From positions 1-45,831 of the forward strand of contig RFTN01000006.1 of assembly GCA_009923445.1 (NCBI GenBank): a DNA stretch of 45,831 bases. Reading direction: 5' to 3'. A program made the translations under genes and the position numbers. The DNA is from a bacterium. GTDB lineage: Bacteria; Patescibacteriota; Saccharimonadia; Saccharimonadales; SZUA-47. The notes under the pieces were generated by a model that ran no database searches, was not told the origin of the DNA, and saw only the letters and a list, made by a program, of their open reading frames with translations. Numbering within the stretch: position 1 is the stretch's first letter; each line of letters starts with the position of its first letter. Below, one piece after another: positions 19,532 through 29,360 of this stretch.

Positions 19532-19987
19532 ATGTGGGGAAGCTTATTCATATTTACAGGAATGTTAATTTTAGCTGTAGGGTCTTTTTTTGACGGTCAA
19601 AAGCAAGGTCTTATAGAATCAAATGTCAATTCCGATGTAGAAAAAACACAAGGAGAACTTCTCTTTACATTTGGTGCTGTGTTTATATTAATTGGTGTAA
19701 TTATCAATATCACAAGCAAATATGATACCATATTTTTATCTTCAGGAATTGTCTTGCTGACTTTGGGTACCTATTTTGTGGGCAAAATGGAGGCACTTAA
19801 GAAAAACAACAAATCTTTTGAAGTGGAAAAAGTTCGGGGGTATGTCCTCACTGGCTTTGGTATATTCTTTGTCATTGCTGCATACTTTATCAAATTCACT
19901 GGTAAAGGTGCTCCATCACTACCAAAACCACCACAACAGATAACTACAGGTGAGTCCACAGGCGAATCCACGAACGCTGCAGCTTAA
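19532..19987 (+). CDS. Four-TM membrane protein with internal duplication
   Basis: Two similar halves, each a TM, then (D/E)VEK..G.(L/V)L..FG..F, then a TM. Confidence 0.68.
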   Translation: MWGSLFIFTGMLILAVGSFFDGQKQGLIESNVNSDVEKTQGELLFTFGAVFILIGVIINITSKYDTIFLSSGIVLLTLGTYFVGKMEALKKNNKSFEVEKVRGYVLTGFGIFFVIAAYFIKFTGKGAPSLPKPPQQITTGESTGESTNAAA

Positions 19988-20038
19988 AAAGTTAGTTGAA
20001 TTAAATTGAATTTAATTTACAAAGCGCACGTCTCTACA

Positions 20039-21058
20039 ATGCCCGTGTGTGAAAAGGTCCAGCAGCTACTTAAACGTCCCCAGCCTGTTCAAAGAACACC
20101 CGAATGGTACAAGGCGAGGCAGACTATGATAACAGCAAGTGAAGCAGCAAGTTGTTTGTTTAGGTCAGAGCGTGTGTGCAAACCATATGTAGATCTCTTT
20201 GGACTAACTGGATTCAAATACAAGGACTCAGATCCATTAAACCCTTATGAAAAAAAAAGGGACTACATTATCAAAAAGTGCAGTTTGTTTTATGACGAAT
20301 ATGTGTACAAGGACACCGTGCACACCTTGTGGGGCAAGAAATATGAAGATGCCGCATCTAGACTATACTGTCAATTAACAAACAAGAAATTACTTGAATT
20401 TGGGCTTGTTCCACATGGCTCTCTAAGCTGGCTTGCAGCAAGTCCCGATGGTATTACCGAGGACGGTGTAATGCTTGAGATAAAATGTCCTAAAAGCCGT
20501 AAAATTGATGCCGGCTGCATTCCACTCTACTACTGGGTTCAAGTGCAAATACAACTTGAAGTGTGCGACCTCGAACAATGCGACTTTATAGAATGTGAAA
20601 TAAGGGAGTTTGGAGATTTTACAGAGTTTTGTGAAAGCACTGCTGAACACAAAGGCGTGGCCATTCAACTCCCAGACACTGATTCCGATCCAAAATTTTT
20701 GTACCCAAGTCCCGATGTGCGCACAAATACCGAGTATATACACTGGACAATCGTCAACTTGAAAGCTCTTGGCTCCGCCGCAAAAGAGACATACTATACA
20801 ATAACCAAGTACGTTGTCAGAAGCATCCCTCGGAGTCGAGAATGGTTTAATGCCGTGAAAGACGACATCAAAGGGACATTTGACGTGGTACAAAGCCTCC
20901 AAGGAAACCGAGAGGCTTTTTTGGAATTTAAAAATGAAACGAACAATACAACCTCAGAATACATGAATGAACAGGTGCGTGTTGGTAGATCAAAGACCGG
21001 CGTTCCTGCAGGCAACACAAACAAAAATACGGATTTAGGTGTGTGTATGATTGATTAA
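20039..21058 (+). CDS. YqaJ-like viral recombinase / lambda-type exonuclease
   Basis: QRTPEWY..R..MITASE, WGKKYE, ASPDG, EIKCP, YYWVQVQIQLEV. Confidence 0.93.
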   Translation: MPVCEKVQQLLKRPQPVQRTPEWYKARQTMITASEAASCLFRSERVCKPYVDLFGLTGFKYKDSDPLNPYEKKRDYIIKKCSLFYDEYVYKDTVHTLWGKKYEDAASRLYCQLTNKKLLEFGLVPHGSLSWLAASPDGITEDGVMLEIKCPKSRKIDAGCIPLYYWVQVQIQLEVCDLEQCDFIECEIREFGDFTEFCESTAEHKGVAIQLPDTDSDPKFLYPSPDVRTNTEYIHWTIVNLKALGSAAKETYYTITKYVVRSIPRSREWFNAVKDDIKGTFDVVQSLQGNREAFLEFKNETNNTTSEYMNEQVRVGRSKTGVPAGNTNKNTDLGVCMID

Positions 21059-21102
21059 AAAAAGGAATTCAGAAACATTTTTAATTTGTCAAGTAAGTAT
21101 AA

Positions 21103-24036
21103 ATGAACTTGACAGAGTATATCAAGTCAAAGTATCCAGGTATGGTAAAGGACATCTCATCTGATTCTACAGTAGGATTTATATTAAACAAGTCGAGTGT
21201 GGGAGTTCTAGACGGGGACGGTAATATAAAGACGTTAGGAGATATTCATGAAGTAGAAATGTTGCTCAAAAGTGATTTTAAAAAGATTACGGACAAGATA
21301 CCAGTTGTAGAGCCATTAGGAGATACTGATCTCGACACAGTGACACTGAATGCAGAAAAGGTATCACCTGAGATGGCCAAGAAAATTATTAGCTCATTGA
21401 AAATGTCTTTGAAACAGTCAACTAAACCACCGCAAGCTGTTTTTTTGGCATCCGGACAACCGATTGTAGTAGACAGCCAAAATGCAGAACGTGTGCGGGC
21501 ATTGTCTCAAAAATATGATACCTTGAGAAGTTGCGTAGATACTATTGTCTCTCAAAAAGCCCTAATTGTATCAAGAATAAAGGACTACAATCGCAAGATG
21601 GAAGAGTACATTCGCAGCAATGCCGTCAATTACACTTCACTTAAAACCCTTTACATGGGTGTAAAGTCCGAAAATGAAACATTGCGTCGTCAACTGCAAG
21701 AAGTGCAAAACACATTTGTAAATACGCCAATTTACACAGGTACCACCACAGACACCACTACCACAGGCACGGCTGACACAGTTGACAAGCAAAAATTGCT
21801 TGATGCAATCAATACGATTCAAAATGAACTTTTAAGATCACGTGATCTTTTCAAGCAGGCTCAAGTAAAGGCTTTAGCAATGCAAGCCCATTATCAAAAG
21901 TGTGCACAAACTGTGCTTTCACAAAAGGAAGCCATTATCCAGAAGATAAAGGAGTACAATGGAATCTATGCTAATTGGGCAAATGGCCTTCGTTCGGAGC
22001 TCATAGACGTTCAGGCACACCGCAACAAGCTTTTGGCTGAGCTGAAACAGGTCACGGATCTTTTGGAAGCCAGCAAGTCAGCAAATGTGTCTGCATCCGA
22101 ATCCATTCAACTTCGACAAGCACTTTCAGATATTCGAAAACAGTTAACAAAGACGGTTGCAGACAACCTTATTCAGCTTAATATTCGCGACCGTGAAATA
22201 CAAAGGCTAAATGACTTGTCAAATACACAATCAGCAAATTACAATTCCCAAATTGCACGTCTTAAACGTGAGCTCGAATCGGTCAAAGAGTTGCTGTCAA
22301 AAAACGACACAACAGCCGTCCCACAACCCGATTTTGAAAATTGTTATGCAGTAGTCAAGGCTTTTTGTGCTCTAAACAACGTATTTTTCCGTAAACAAGA
22401 AATCATTAAAAAGCTGGACGCAGTAATTAATTCAAACGCGGGTGAATTTAGTGGTCTTTCTGAAACTGTCAAGAATTCTGTGCGCACGCAATTTGAAGCT
22501 GTGAAAACGGGGATTAATCGTCACATTGACTTTCTTGATCTGAAAAAGTACATTACAGATGCTAGGTGCAGACAAAACTTGGAACTGTTTAAAAGCGATA
22601 TCCTTAAGGATCGCGTTCCCAAATCATTTTGTGATGAACTTTTTGCACTACTTAGGTACTGGGATACAAACAAAGTTGAGTACAGAGATCAAGACCGAAT
22701 TCTTACAAATATCTATGAAGACCTTTCTGGAGCGGTGCGTGTATACATTCGTATCAAGCCTTTGTTAGGCCTTGAGCAGCGCAACCGCACAGTGTCAATC
22801 GAGTCTAATGGAGGAATCCAGCAAAAACGCGTAAAGATTACGTGCGGGACACGTGAAGAGAGTTTTGGCGAGTTTTACGGCGTGTTTGATCAGTCATTTA
22901 CAAACAAGGACGTCTACACAGGCATAGAAAATTCAGAGTCCGTTGTGACCGCCCTTGACAATTCAGCTACACACATTGATGTAGATTCCATTGTACAATC
23001 CCAAGATACGGTGAGCCCAGGGTTGTGGAGCACCATACGTCAAGTTGAGGACGGGTATTCGGTGGTTATTTTTGGATATGGTGCAAGTGGCAGTGGCAAG
23101 ACGATGACGCTCTTGGGCAATGGAAAAATACCAGGTCTAATTCATTTTGCAAGGAGCAACCTTCGTGGAGTGCGTTCATTTAAGCTCAAGTATCTTTTTG
23201 AGCAATATTATTCACTCATTAATTTCAACTTTAAAAAGATTACTGGCAAGATCCACACGCTTGTGGGCAAAATTCCTCAATTGGAGCAATTCACCTACGC
23301 AGAAAACAACCAATTTGCAGCTGATCTCAAGTCGGCAATTGATCTAGATGACATCAAAGAATCGGATTTGTTTGGGCTGACAAGGATCACAGACAATTAC
23401 AGAAAACGAAATTTGCGTGTGGCCAAAACGCCTAATAATCCAGAGTCAAGCCGCTCGCATTTGTATATGGTGTTTGAGGTGACGTTTGAGAATGACACGC
23501 GCGGGTACATTACCTTTGTAGACACAGCAGGAAGGGAATCACCAACAGACATATTTAATACGTTTATTGACTCTACAAAGACCACCATTGAATCCGTACT
23601 AGCGCCTAGTGGTGGCGAACAGCTGATTGCAAAACATGCCCGTCCCGAAATTGCGAGCGAGTACACACCCAAAGAAATACTGGGTGTGCTCAAGCAAGGT
23701 GTGTATATAAACGAAACTATTAATCACATGGTGTACTACTTTAACAAGAAAAACTATCGGGAATCACCCATAACAATGCAATCCGATACAGGTGGATACA
23801 CTACTTCCAAATTCTTTGTAGATCCACGTTCAGAACTCCGCAAAGTATCCGAATCCAATAACGCCTTGACCATTCCTATTCTACAATTCCTTGATAACCT
23901 CAGCAATCGCAGTAAAGGTGACGCAAATTACCGCCCAACCAAATTCGTCACCATCATTGCCCTCCGCCAAGAACTCAAATACTGCGATCAAACATTTGAA
24001 TCCATGCAATTTGCACAATCAATTAAAAGCACCTAA
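21103..24036 (+). CDS. Kinesin with C-terminal motor domain and long coiled-coil (kinesin-14-like topology)
   Basis: GAVRVYIRIKP, DGYSVVIFGYGASGSGKT (P-loop), NPESSRSH (switch I), FVDTAGRE (switch II variant), INETI, terminal TFESMQFA. Confidence 0.9.
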   Translation: MNLTEYIKSKYPGMVKDISSDSTVGFILNKSSVGVLDGDGNIKTLGDIHEVEMLLKSDFKKITDKIPVVEPLGDTDLDTVTLNAEKVSPEMAKKIISSLKMSLKQSTKPPQAVFLASGQPIVVDSQNAERVRALSQKYDTLRSCVDTIVSQKALIVSRIKDYNRKMEEYIRSNAVNYTSLKTLYMGVKSENETLRRQLQEVQNTFVNTPIYTGTTTDTTTTGTADTVDKQKLLDAINTIQNELLRSRDLFKQAQVKALAMQAHYQKCAQTVLSQKEAIIQKIKEYNGIYANWANGLRSELIDVQAHRNKLLAELKQVTDLLEASKSANVSASESIQLRQALSDIRKQLTKTVADNLIQLNIRDREIQRLNDLSNTQSANYNSQIARLKRELESVKELLSKNDTTAVPQPDFENCYAVVKAFCALNNVFFRKQEIIKKLDAVINSNAGEFSGLSETVKNSVRTQFEAVKTGINRHIDFLDLKKYITDARCRQNLELFKSDILKDRVPKSFCDELFALLRYWDTNKVEYRDQDRILTNIYEDLSGAVRVYIRIKPLLGLEQRNRTVSIESNGGIQQKRVKITCGTREESFGEFYGVFDQSFTNKDVYTGIENSESVVTALDNSATHIDVDSIVQSQDTVSPGLWSTIRQVEDGYSVVIFGYGASGSGKTMTLLGNGKIPGLIHFARSNLRGVRSFKLKYLFEQYYSLINFNFKKITGKIHTLVGKIPQLEQFTYAENNQFAADLKSAIDLDDIKESDLFGLTRITDNYRKRNLRVAKTPNNPESSRSHLYMVFEVTFENDTRGYITFVDTAGRESPTDIFNTFIDSTKTTIESVLAPSGGEQLIAKHARPEIASEYTPKEILGVLKQGVYINETINHMVYYFNKKNYRESPITMQSDTGGYTTSKFFVDPRSELRKVSESNNALTIPILQFLDNLSNRSKGDANYRPTKFVTIIALRQELKYCDQTFESMQFAQSIKST

Positions 24037-24054
24037 AGGGTGTGTGTACAACGT

Positions 24055-24107
24055 CATTTTTGTACATACTGTGTACACACAGTTTACATAGTATATGTAC
24101 AAAAATG
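24055..24107. terminator. Nested hairpin between convergent genes
   Basis: catttttgtacata (24055-24068) pairs with tatgtacaaaaatg (24094-24107); inner ctgtgt/acacag stem. Confidence 0.65.
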
Positions 24108-24121
24108 GTTCTATTATGGTT

Positions 24122-24724
24122 TTATCGACGCGTTACTTTTGCTGTTTGATGTGGAGATACCAAATGGGTGTACTGTGTGGGAGGGGATATAGGACGCGGT
24201 GGTGCAGGTGAATGTGCTTGAGACACAGTTGGAGGGGACATAGGACGCGGTGGTGCAGGTGAATGTGCTTGAGACACAGTTGGAGGGGATATAGGACGCG
24301 GTGGTGCAGGTTGAGACACAGTTGGAGGGGACATAGGCCGTGCCAGAGGTGTGGGCGTGTGTGTGTCCATAGGTGTGGCCGTGTGTGCGGGAGCAGGTGC
24401 TGAGGCTGCTTTGGCATTGATGATCTTTATTTGTGTGCGTAGTTCTGAATTTAATTTATGCCATTGCAATAGTTCATTGCGCACGCGTTCGGCTTCTCGA
24501 TAGGCGTGGTCATCATACATCATAAACCACTGGTAGAATTCTGAATAGTCCTTAAACCTGGCTTTAAATCGAGGATCATTTTTTTTTCCCATGTAAAATG
24601 TGTTTAGATAGATGTTTTGAGGCGTTTCAAAGTTTTCATTTGTGGAATCCTTTTGAAAAAACAAAAAGTACACAAAAATTGCAAGTATGCCGTATAAAAT
24701 AAGATCTGAATCTTTCATGGCCAT
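24122..24724 (-). CDS. Membrane-anchored protein with Pro-rich repeated C-terminus
   Basis: ATG at 24724, N-terminal TM helix followed by ENF; tandem PAPPRP(I/M)SPPTVSQAHS repeats at ~24180-24340. Confidence 0.7.
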   Translation of the reverse strand: MAMKDSDLILYGILAIFVYFLFFQKDSTNENFETPQNIYLNTFYMGKKNDPRFKARFKDYSEFYQWFMMYDDHAYREAERVRNELLQWHKLNSELRTQIKIINAKAASAPAPAHTATPMDTHTPTPLARPMSPPTVSQPAPPRPISPPTVSQAHSPAPPRPMSPPTVSQAHSPAPPRPISPPTQYTHLVSPHQTAKVTRR

Positions 24725-24771
24725 TTGTTGTATAAAACTAATAAGCAAAAAGTTTTTCCTTAATGCGATAT

Positions 24772-25962
24772 CTAGAAAGCCACAGTGAGGACGCCATTTT
24801 GTATTTGTACAATTGTGTAACATACTCCATAAATGAATATAGACATTGGGGGATTGTCCGGGGTCATATTTAAATTCAATGTAACATCGGTGAAGCGTTC
24901 GGGATTAAAATGTCCAGTAGGTTGATTGTCTTCTGGGCGGATGCTGAAAGGAATACAATATATGTATTTAGAAGGCACTGTTTTGTGTATTGCGTAAGGA
25001 ACAACTGATCTGAAGTAGAACTCGGGCAAGTTGTCAAATCGTCTTGAGCCATCAAGAAGAAGTGTAGCGGACTTGATGGGAGCGCGGTTGTCGGACGATC
25101 TAGAATACACAAAGTAATTGTTGTTTTCTATATTACCTGTTTCGACACACGCAAACACAATCTCCTTTGTTGGCTTTGTAAATTTAAGAGCCGTATTAAA
25201 AAGAGGTTGATTAGCAGGGATGGATTCGTTGCCTTGAAAGTGTATTTGCTCAATCAAATACGTGTGAGTATTCTGTTGGTAATCAGAGATAATTTGGTCG
25301 TCTAAGAATATGTACTCGGCAAGCATTTGACTTCCGGAAACCTCGACCCGATCAGGTTCATCTCCGTCATAATTCACCAGTTCAGAAAAGTCTCTAAAAT
25401 ACATATTCAATTTGACTTGTTGTTGGTACATGGCCAAAAGAGGAAGTGCAAGTGTGTAATTTTTTGTGAACCAGAACTCAATGGGGATGATTAGGTCAGT
25501 TTCTTGGGTGGCATTGCGCTGATTTGATACATATGTGTCGGACTTTAAGGTCATCAAATTTCGCCCGCTTACAGGAGCACTTTCTGTCAAATCAGAGTAC
25601 ATGTCAAGGAATTGAGGGTAACAGTAGTCTACAACAACACCTCCTATTTCAAGTTCAATTGGCTTGCTAAATAGAGCGCGACCAATATTGTCTGTCCAAC
25701 ATGCATAAGACCCTCCATTCTGTGTAAGCATGGGAAGCTTTACACATAGATACAATTTGGACAACAAATGACCGTACTTTTCAATCTTGCAGCTCGTAGC
25801 CTTTCCAAAGTTGACATTGTCATTTAGAGGCAATACAATCGTTTCCGCAGCAAAATTCATTGATCGATAATAGTTGTATTTGAAAACGCTTATCTGTGGG
25901 TTTTCTGATATGTACATGTCTTTGTCTCCTTTAGCCTGGAGTTGAATGATTCCTGGAGGCAT
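24772..25962 (-). CDS. mcp: NCLDV major capsid protein family (divergent paralogue)
   Basis: MPPGIIQLQAKG..D.YI..NPQISVFK..Y.R..NFA.E, IPIEFWF, LALPLLA, EYIFLD, YLIEQ, PEDNQPTGHFN..RF. Confidence 0.92.
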   Translation of the reverse strand: MPPGIIQLQAKGDKDMYISENPQISVFKYNYYRSMNFAAETIVLPLNDNVNFGKATSCKIEKYGHLLSKLYLCVKLPMLTQNGGSYACWTDNIGRALFSKPIELEIGGVVVDYCYPQFLDMYSDLTESAPVSGRNLMTLKSDTYVSNQRNATQETDLIIPIEFWFTKNYTLALPLLAMYQQQVKLNMYFRDFSELVNYDGDEPDRVEVSGSQMLAEYIFLDDQIISDYQQNTHTYLIEQIHFQGNESIPANQPLFNTALKFTKPTKEIVFACVETGNIENNNYFVYSRSSDNRAPIKSATLLLDGSRRFDNLPEFYFRSVVPYAIHKTVPSKYIYCIPFSIRPEDNQPTGHFNPERFTDVTLNLNMTPDNPPMSIFIYGVCYTIVQIQNGVLTVAF

Positions 25963-26042
25963 ACTTACATTCAAGTACTAATTTAAATTTCACCTGTTAC
26001 CGTACCCGAGCTAGCGTACGAGTTACGACACCACTTGGAGTA

Positions 26043-27824
26043 CTATAGTTCTCTATTCATTATGTCATTCAACAATTTTAACTTGGATTTAATTTCATCG
26101 TCGGTCGTGGAAAGTGTATTAATAGTTTCTGTAACAGCGACTGTGCAATTGTAGGAGAGTAAAAAGTGGCTGCATTTAAGAATATCTTGTGAGCAGCCTT
26201 TTTGAATACTTTTGATGCCTTCTATAAGTTTAGCTGCCTTGCGTGTGGCTGGACTATCTTGAAGTTTATTGAGAGCGAACAAAGCACGATTAATGTATTT
26301 TTCCTTATGTATCTTTTGCATCAAATCTGATACATTTTCAATAAATGAATCAACATAGTCAACTGAAGTTAGCTCTATTCCGTTGTTCTTGCACGTTTGT
26401 TGGTTAACGACAACATCTAGGAACGCGCCACGGGTATAATATGTCTCGGATCCATAGTAATTGACCATACTAATGTATGTATTATATACATTCAGTTTAT
26501 CATGGTCCATGTATCGTTTGAAAAAGGTGGCAAAGTTATCAAGTAATCGTTTGTAATCACTATATTTTCGCAAAAAGTTCATTAAATTGTGTGCTGTGTC
26601 TAAATACGAACTGAACTTGCAGTTTGTCTCGATGTAGTTAAGTAGAAGTAAGCTCAAACTGTCGGAATAGCTTCCCACAAATTTAATGTTTTTTAGTAGT
26701 TTCATCAGTGCAAAGACGTGTTGGATGTGTGCATTTGACGCACGTGTGTACTGTAATGTTATGGAGCCGCAAGTGATGGGATTGGAGTAGATAACATCAT
26801 TTTCTGAGGGCGAAAATACAAACGTTCCTTGAAGTTTGATGAAACTTAGTCCATATAAATTGGTATCAAATAGAGTATCCGAGGTTTCATAAGGTCCAAA
26901 GATTGTTTGTAGATTAGTTTCAAAGCATTTAATCACGTTTGAGATGACTTTGTAGTTGCCGTACAACGTGATATCATAATCCGAATCAAGTTTTGTTGAA
27001 CCGACGCTTACCGCATTTATAGAATTGGTTTCTTGTATATTAAGCCGTGAGAGGGCACTAGTTTGGTTTTTGCTTGGTTGTGATGCAAGTGAGCAGACCG
27101 AGATAGAAATGTCAACACACACTTTGCGGAGGTACCAAAACAGGCACTTGCACACGAGCGAAAGCTCCTTAAACACGGTGACAAACTTGGTCGAGGACAA
27201 GCCATCTTGTGCAATGAATTGTTTGATCAGCTCGGTGTTGTCGGAAAACATTCCTAACAAGGTGATTGCCGATGACCTATGTCGTTCAAGGTATCGCTTG
27301 GCTTCGATGACTGACATACGTGTAATGGTTTCCCATACAAACGGTTTGTCTGTTGACATGACTTTGTATTCGTCGTTTTTGGAGGTCAACAAACCATATT
27401 TAGTAAAGAAGTTAAGTGCAATGTTCATGATGTGGCTAGTAGACACTATCTCGTAAGTGCCTTTTTCAAAAATGTACACACGACGTCTATTGACACCGGT
27501 CACACTGTCATTTTGTAAGTCTTTTTTAAGACGTTTTGTGAAATCGTTGAAATTACGGACAATATCTGATGATCCGCACTGTAATTCATACCAGTCAAAG
27601 TTCGAAACAGTGAATTCTAAAAAGGCTTCAAGATCTTTGACCAATGTGTAATCTACTTTGGACATACTTGAAGTGGACGACTTCGTGTCGTCACTAGTGG
27701 CAATGGACAAGGTTGAAAGTCTCATACCTACTGATGACCTGGGTCCCGCGGCAGACAGAGGAGACAGCAAGTCTGTGTGTATTTGACTTGGCCTTAGTGA
27801 TTCAATAGAACTGGTCTGCTCCAT
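26043..27824 (-). CDS. Hypothetical protein with putative Pol-beta-fold nucleotidyltransferase motif
   Basis: SVGSTKLDSDYDITL (GS...DxD) followed by FDTNLY. First ATG at 27824. Confidence 0.6.
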   Translation of the reverse strand: MEQTSSIESLRPSQIHTDLLSPLSAAGPRSSVGMRLSTLSIATSDDTKSSTSSMSKVDYTLVKDLEAFLEFTVSNFDWYELQCGSSDIVRNFNDFTKRLKKDLQNDSVTGVNRRRVYIFEKGTYEIVSTSHIMNIALNFFTKYGLLTSKNDEYKVMSTDKPFVWETITRMSVIEAKRYLERHRSSAITLLGMFSDNTELIKQFIAQDGLSSTKFVTVFKELSLVCKCLFWYLRKVCVDISISVCSLASQPSKNQTSALSRLNIQETNSINAVSVGSTKLDSDYDITLYGNYKVISNVIKCFETNLQTIFGPYETSDTLFDTNLYGLSFIKLQGTFVFSPSENDVIYSNPITCGSITLQYTRASNAHIQHVFALMKLLKNIKFVGSYSDSLSLLLLNYIETNCKFSSYLDTAHNLMNFLRKYSDYKRLLDNFATFFKRYMDHDKLNVYNTYISMVNYYGSETYYTRGAFLDVVVNQQTCKNNGIELTSVDYVDSFIENVSDLMQKIHKEKYINRALFALNKLQDSPATRKAAKLIEGIKSIQKGCSQDILKCSHFLLSYNCTVAVTETINTLSTTDDEIKSKLKLLNDIMNREL

Positions 27825-28007
27825 AATTACCAGTACCACACAAAAAATGTTTGGTATTTTGTCAGTCAATGTAATTATGATTTATTTATTTGTTAATTTT
27901 TTCTTGAAATGGGGGCAGGCAAAAAAGTAATAAAAAAGTAATAAAACCTCAGACGAGAGTGTCGTGACCCCGCCTAAAAGAAATCGGAAAAAACGGGAAA
28001 CCATCAA

Positions 28008-28227
28008 TGGTCTCAAGGGAATTTGCGCAGAAAATGCAAAAAGAGACCAGAAAAAGGGTAGTTTCACGCCTACCCGCGCTCTTCACGCCTAAAATGGTTT
28101 GAACCCGCCATCCCGCCTAAAATAGGAAAGTCCGTAGGGTAAAAGTGTTGTGTAACGTTTTCAGATCAAGGTCCGAAAAAGGGCGGGAATGGCGGAGTCA
28201 AACCATACAAGGAGCGGATGGCGTGAA
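28008..28227. other. GC-richer non-coding element with inverted repeats
   Basis: tggtctc/gagacca stem (28008-28049); atggtttgaacccgccatcccgcc pairs imperfectly with ggcgggaatggcggagtcaaaccat, flanked by ttcacgcc/ggcgtgaa. Confidence 0.55.
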
Positions 28228-28413
28228 CTCATATCATCCTTACATGATTATGGTTTAAAACATATGTTTTCTAAAATTTCAGGTGAGACCATGAACGAAG
28301 TGAAATGAGACGAGGAAAACCGAAAATCGGGGATTGTACAATTGTCCAAACGATATCTTCGTCACGTATAAGCTTCCCTCTATTAAATGTCTTCAGGAGG
28401 GAAATCAAGAGGT

Positions 28414-29085
28414 GCAAGACCACCCATTTACAGCGTCCCTCCTTTCCCTCCTCAAATGTCAGCTTAGTCGATTTTTTTTCGATTAAGAGAAGAAAAGGAC
28501 ACTCCGCAAACCATCTTAAACCACAATCGAGACCACGATGCAATAGAGAATAGAGTGAAATGGGAGACCATCATTCCCAGCTAAAATATCCTTTTTTGTA
28601 AGCAAGACCACCCATTAAGAGCATCCCTCCTTTCCCATCTCAAACGGATATTTTACTACAAAATTTTGAATAAGAAGTTACAAATGAACGCTCATCAAAC
28701 CATCTTAAACCACAATCTAGACCACGGCGCCATCGAGAATAGAGTGAAATGGGAGACCATCATCCCTCCTTTCCCAGCTCAAACGGATATTTTACTACAA
28801 TTTTTTGAACAAGAAGTTACAAATGAACGCTCATCAAACCATCTTAAACCACAATCCAGACCACGATGCAAGAGAATGATGTGAAATGGGAGACCACCAT
28901 TCCCCCCTAAAATGGCCTATTTTGTAAGCAAGACCACCCATCCCTCCTTTCCCAGCTCAAACGGATATTTTACTACAATGTTTTGTACAAGAAGTTACAA
29001 ATGAACTTTCTTCAAAACATCTTAAACGACAATCCAGACCAATATGCAAGAGAATGATGTGAAATGGGAGACCACCATTCCCGGT
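28414..29085. repeat. Four imperfect ~140-190 bp direct repeats
   Basis: tccctcctttccc at 28436, 28624, 28763, 28941; gtgaaatgggagacca at 28555, 28744, 28881, 29059. Confidence 0.9.
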
Positions 29086-29125
29086 TAATTTTTTAAGCAA
29101 GTCGTTGCAACAAGTACTAGTATGT

Positions 29126-29360
29126 GCAAGACCACCCATTTAAAACAACACTTGTAAGCAAGACCACCTGTTTAAAACAACACTTGAACGCACTTGTAAG
29201 CAAGACCACCCATTGTAAGCAATACCACCTGTTTAAAACAACACTTGAACGCACTTGTAAGCAAGACCACCAATTGCAACAAGTTGCCACATAGCTGCTG
29301 CAACAAGTAAGCAAGTGTGTAGTGTGCAAGACCACCCATTTAAAACAACACTTGGACGCA
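29126..29360. repeat. Cluster of short modular repeats (GCAAGACCACC and TTTAAAACAACACTTG)
   Basis: GCAAGACCACC at 29126, 29158, 29200, 29261, 29326 (variant at 29219); TTTAAAACAACACTTG four times. Confidence 0.9.

Noticed and set aside
25975-26045. Possible tRNA in a GC-richer intergenic gap
   Set aside because: No cloverleaf or T-loop consensus is visible; no tRNA or rRNA was recognised anywhere in the window.
28418-29338. GACCACCCA matches the animal GLI-binding consensus
   Set aside because: There is no evidence for an animal host, and the multiplicity is explained by local duplication.
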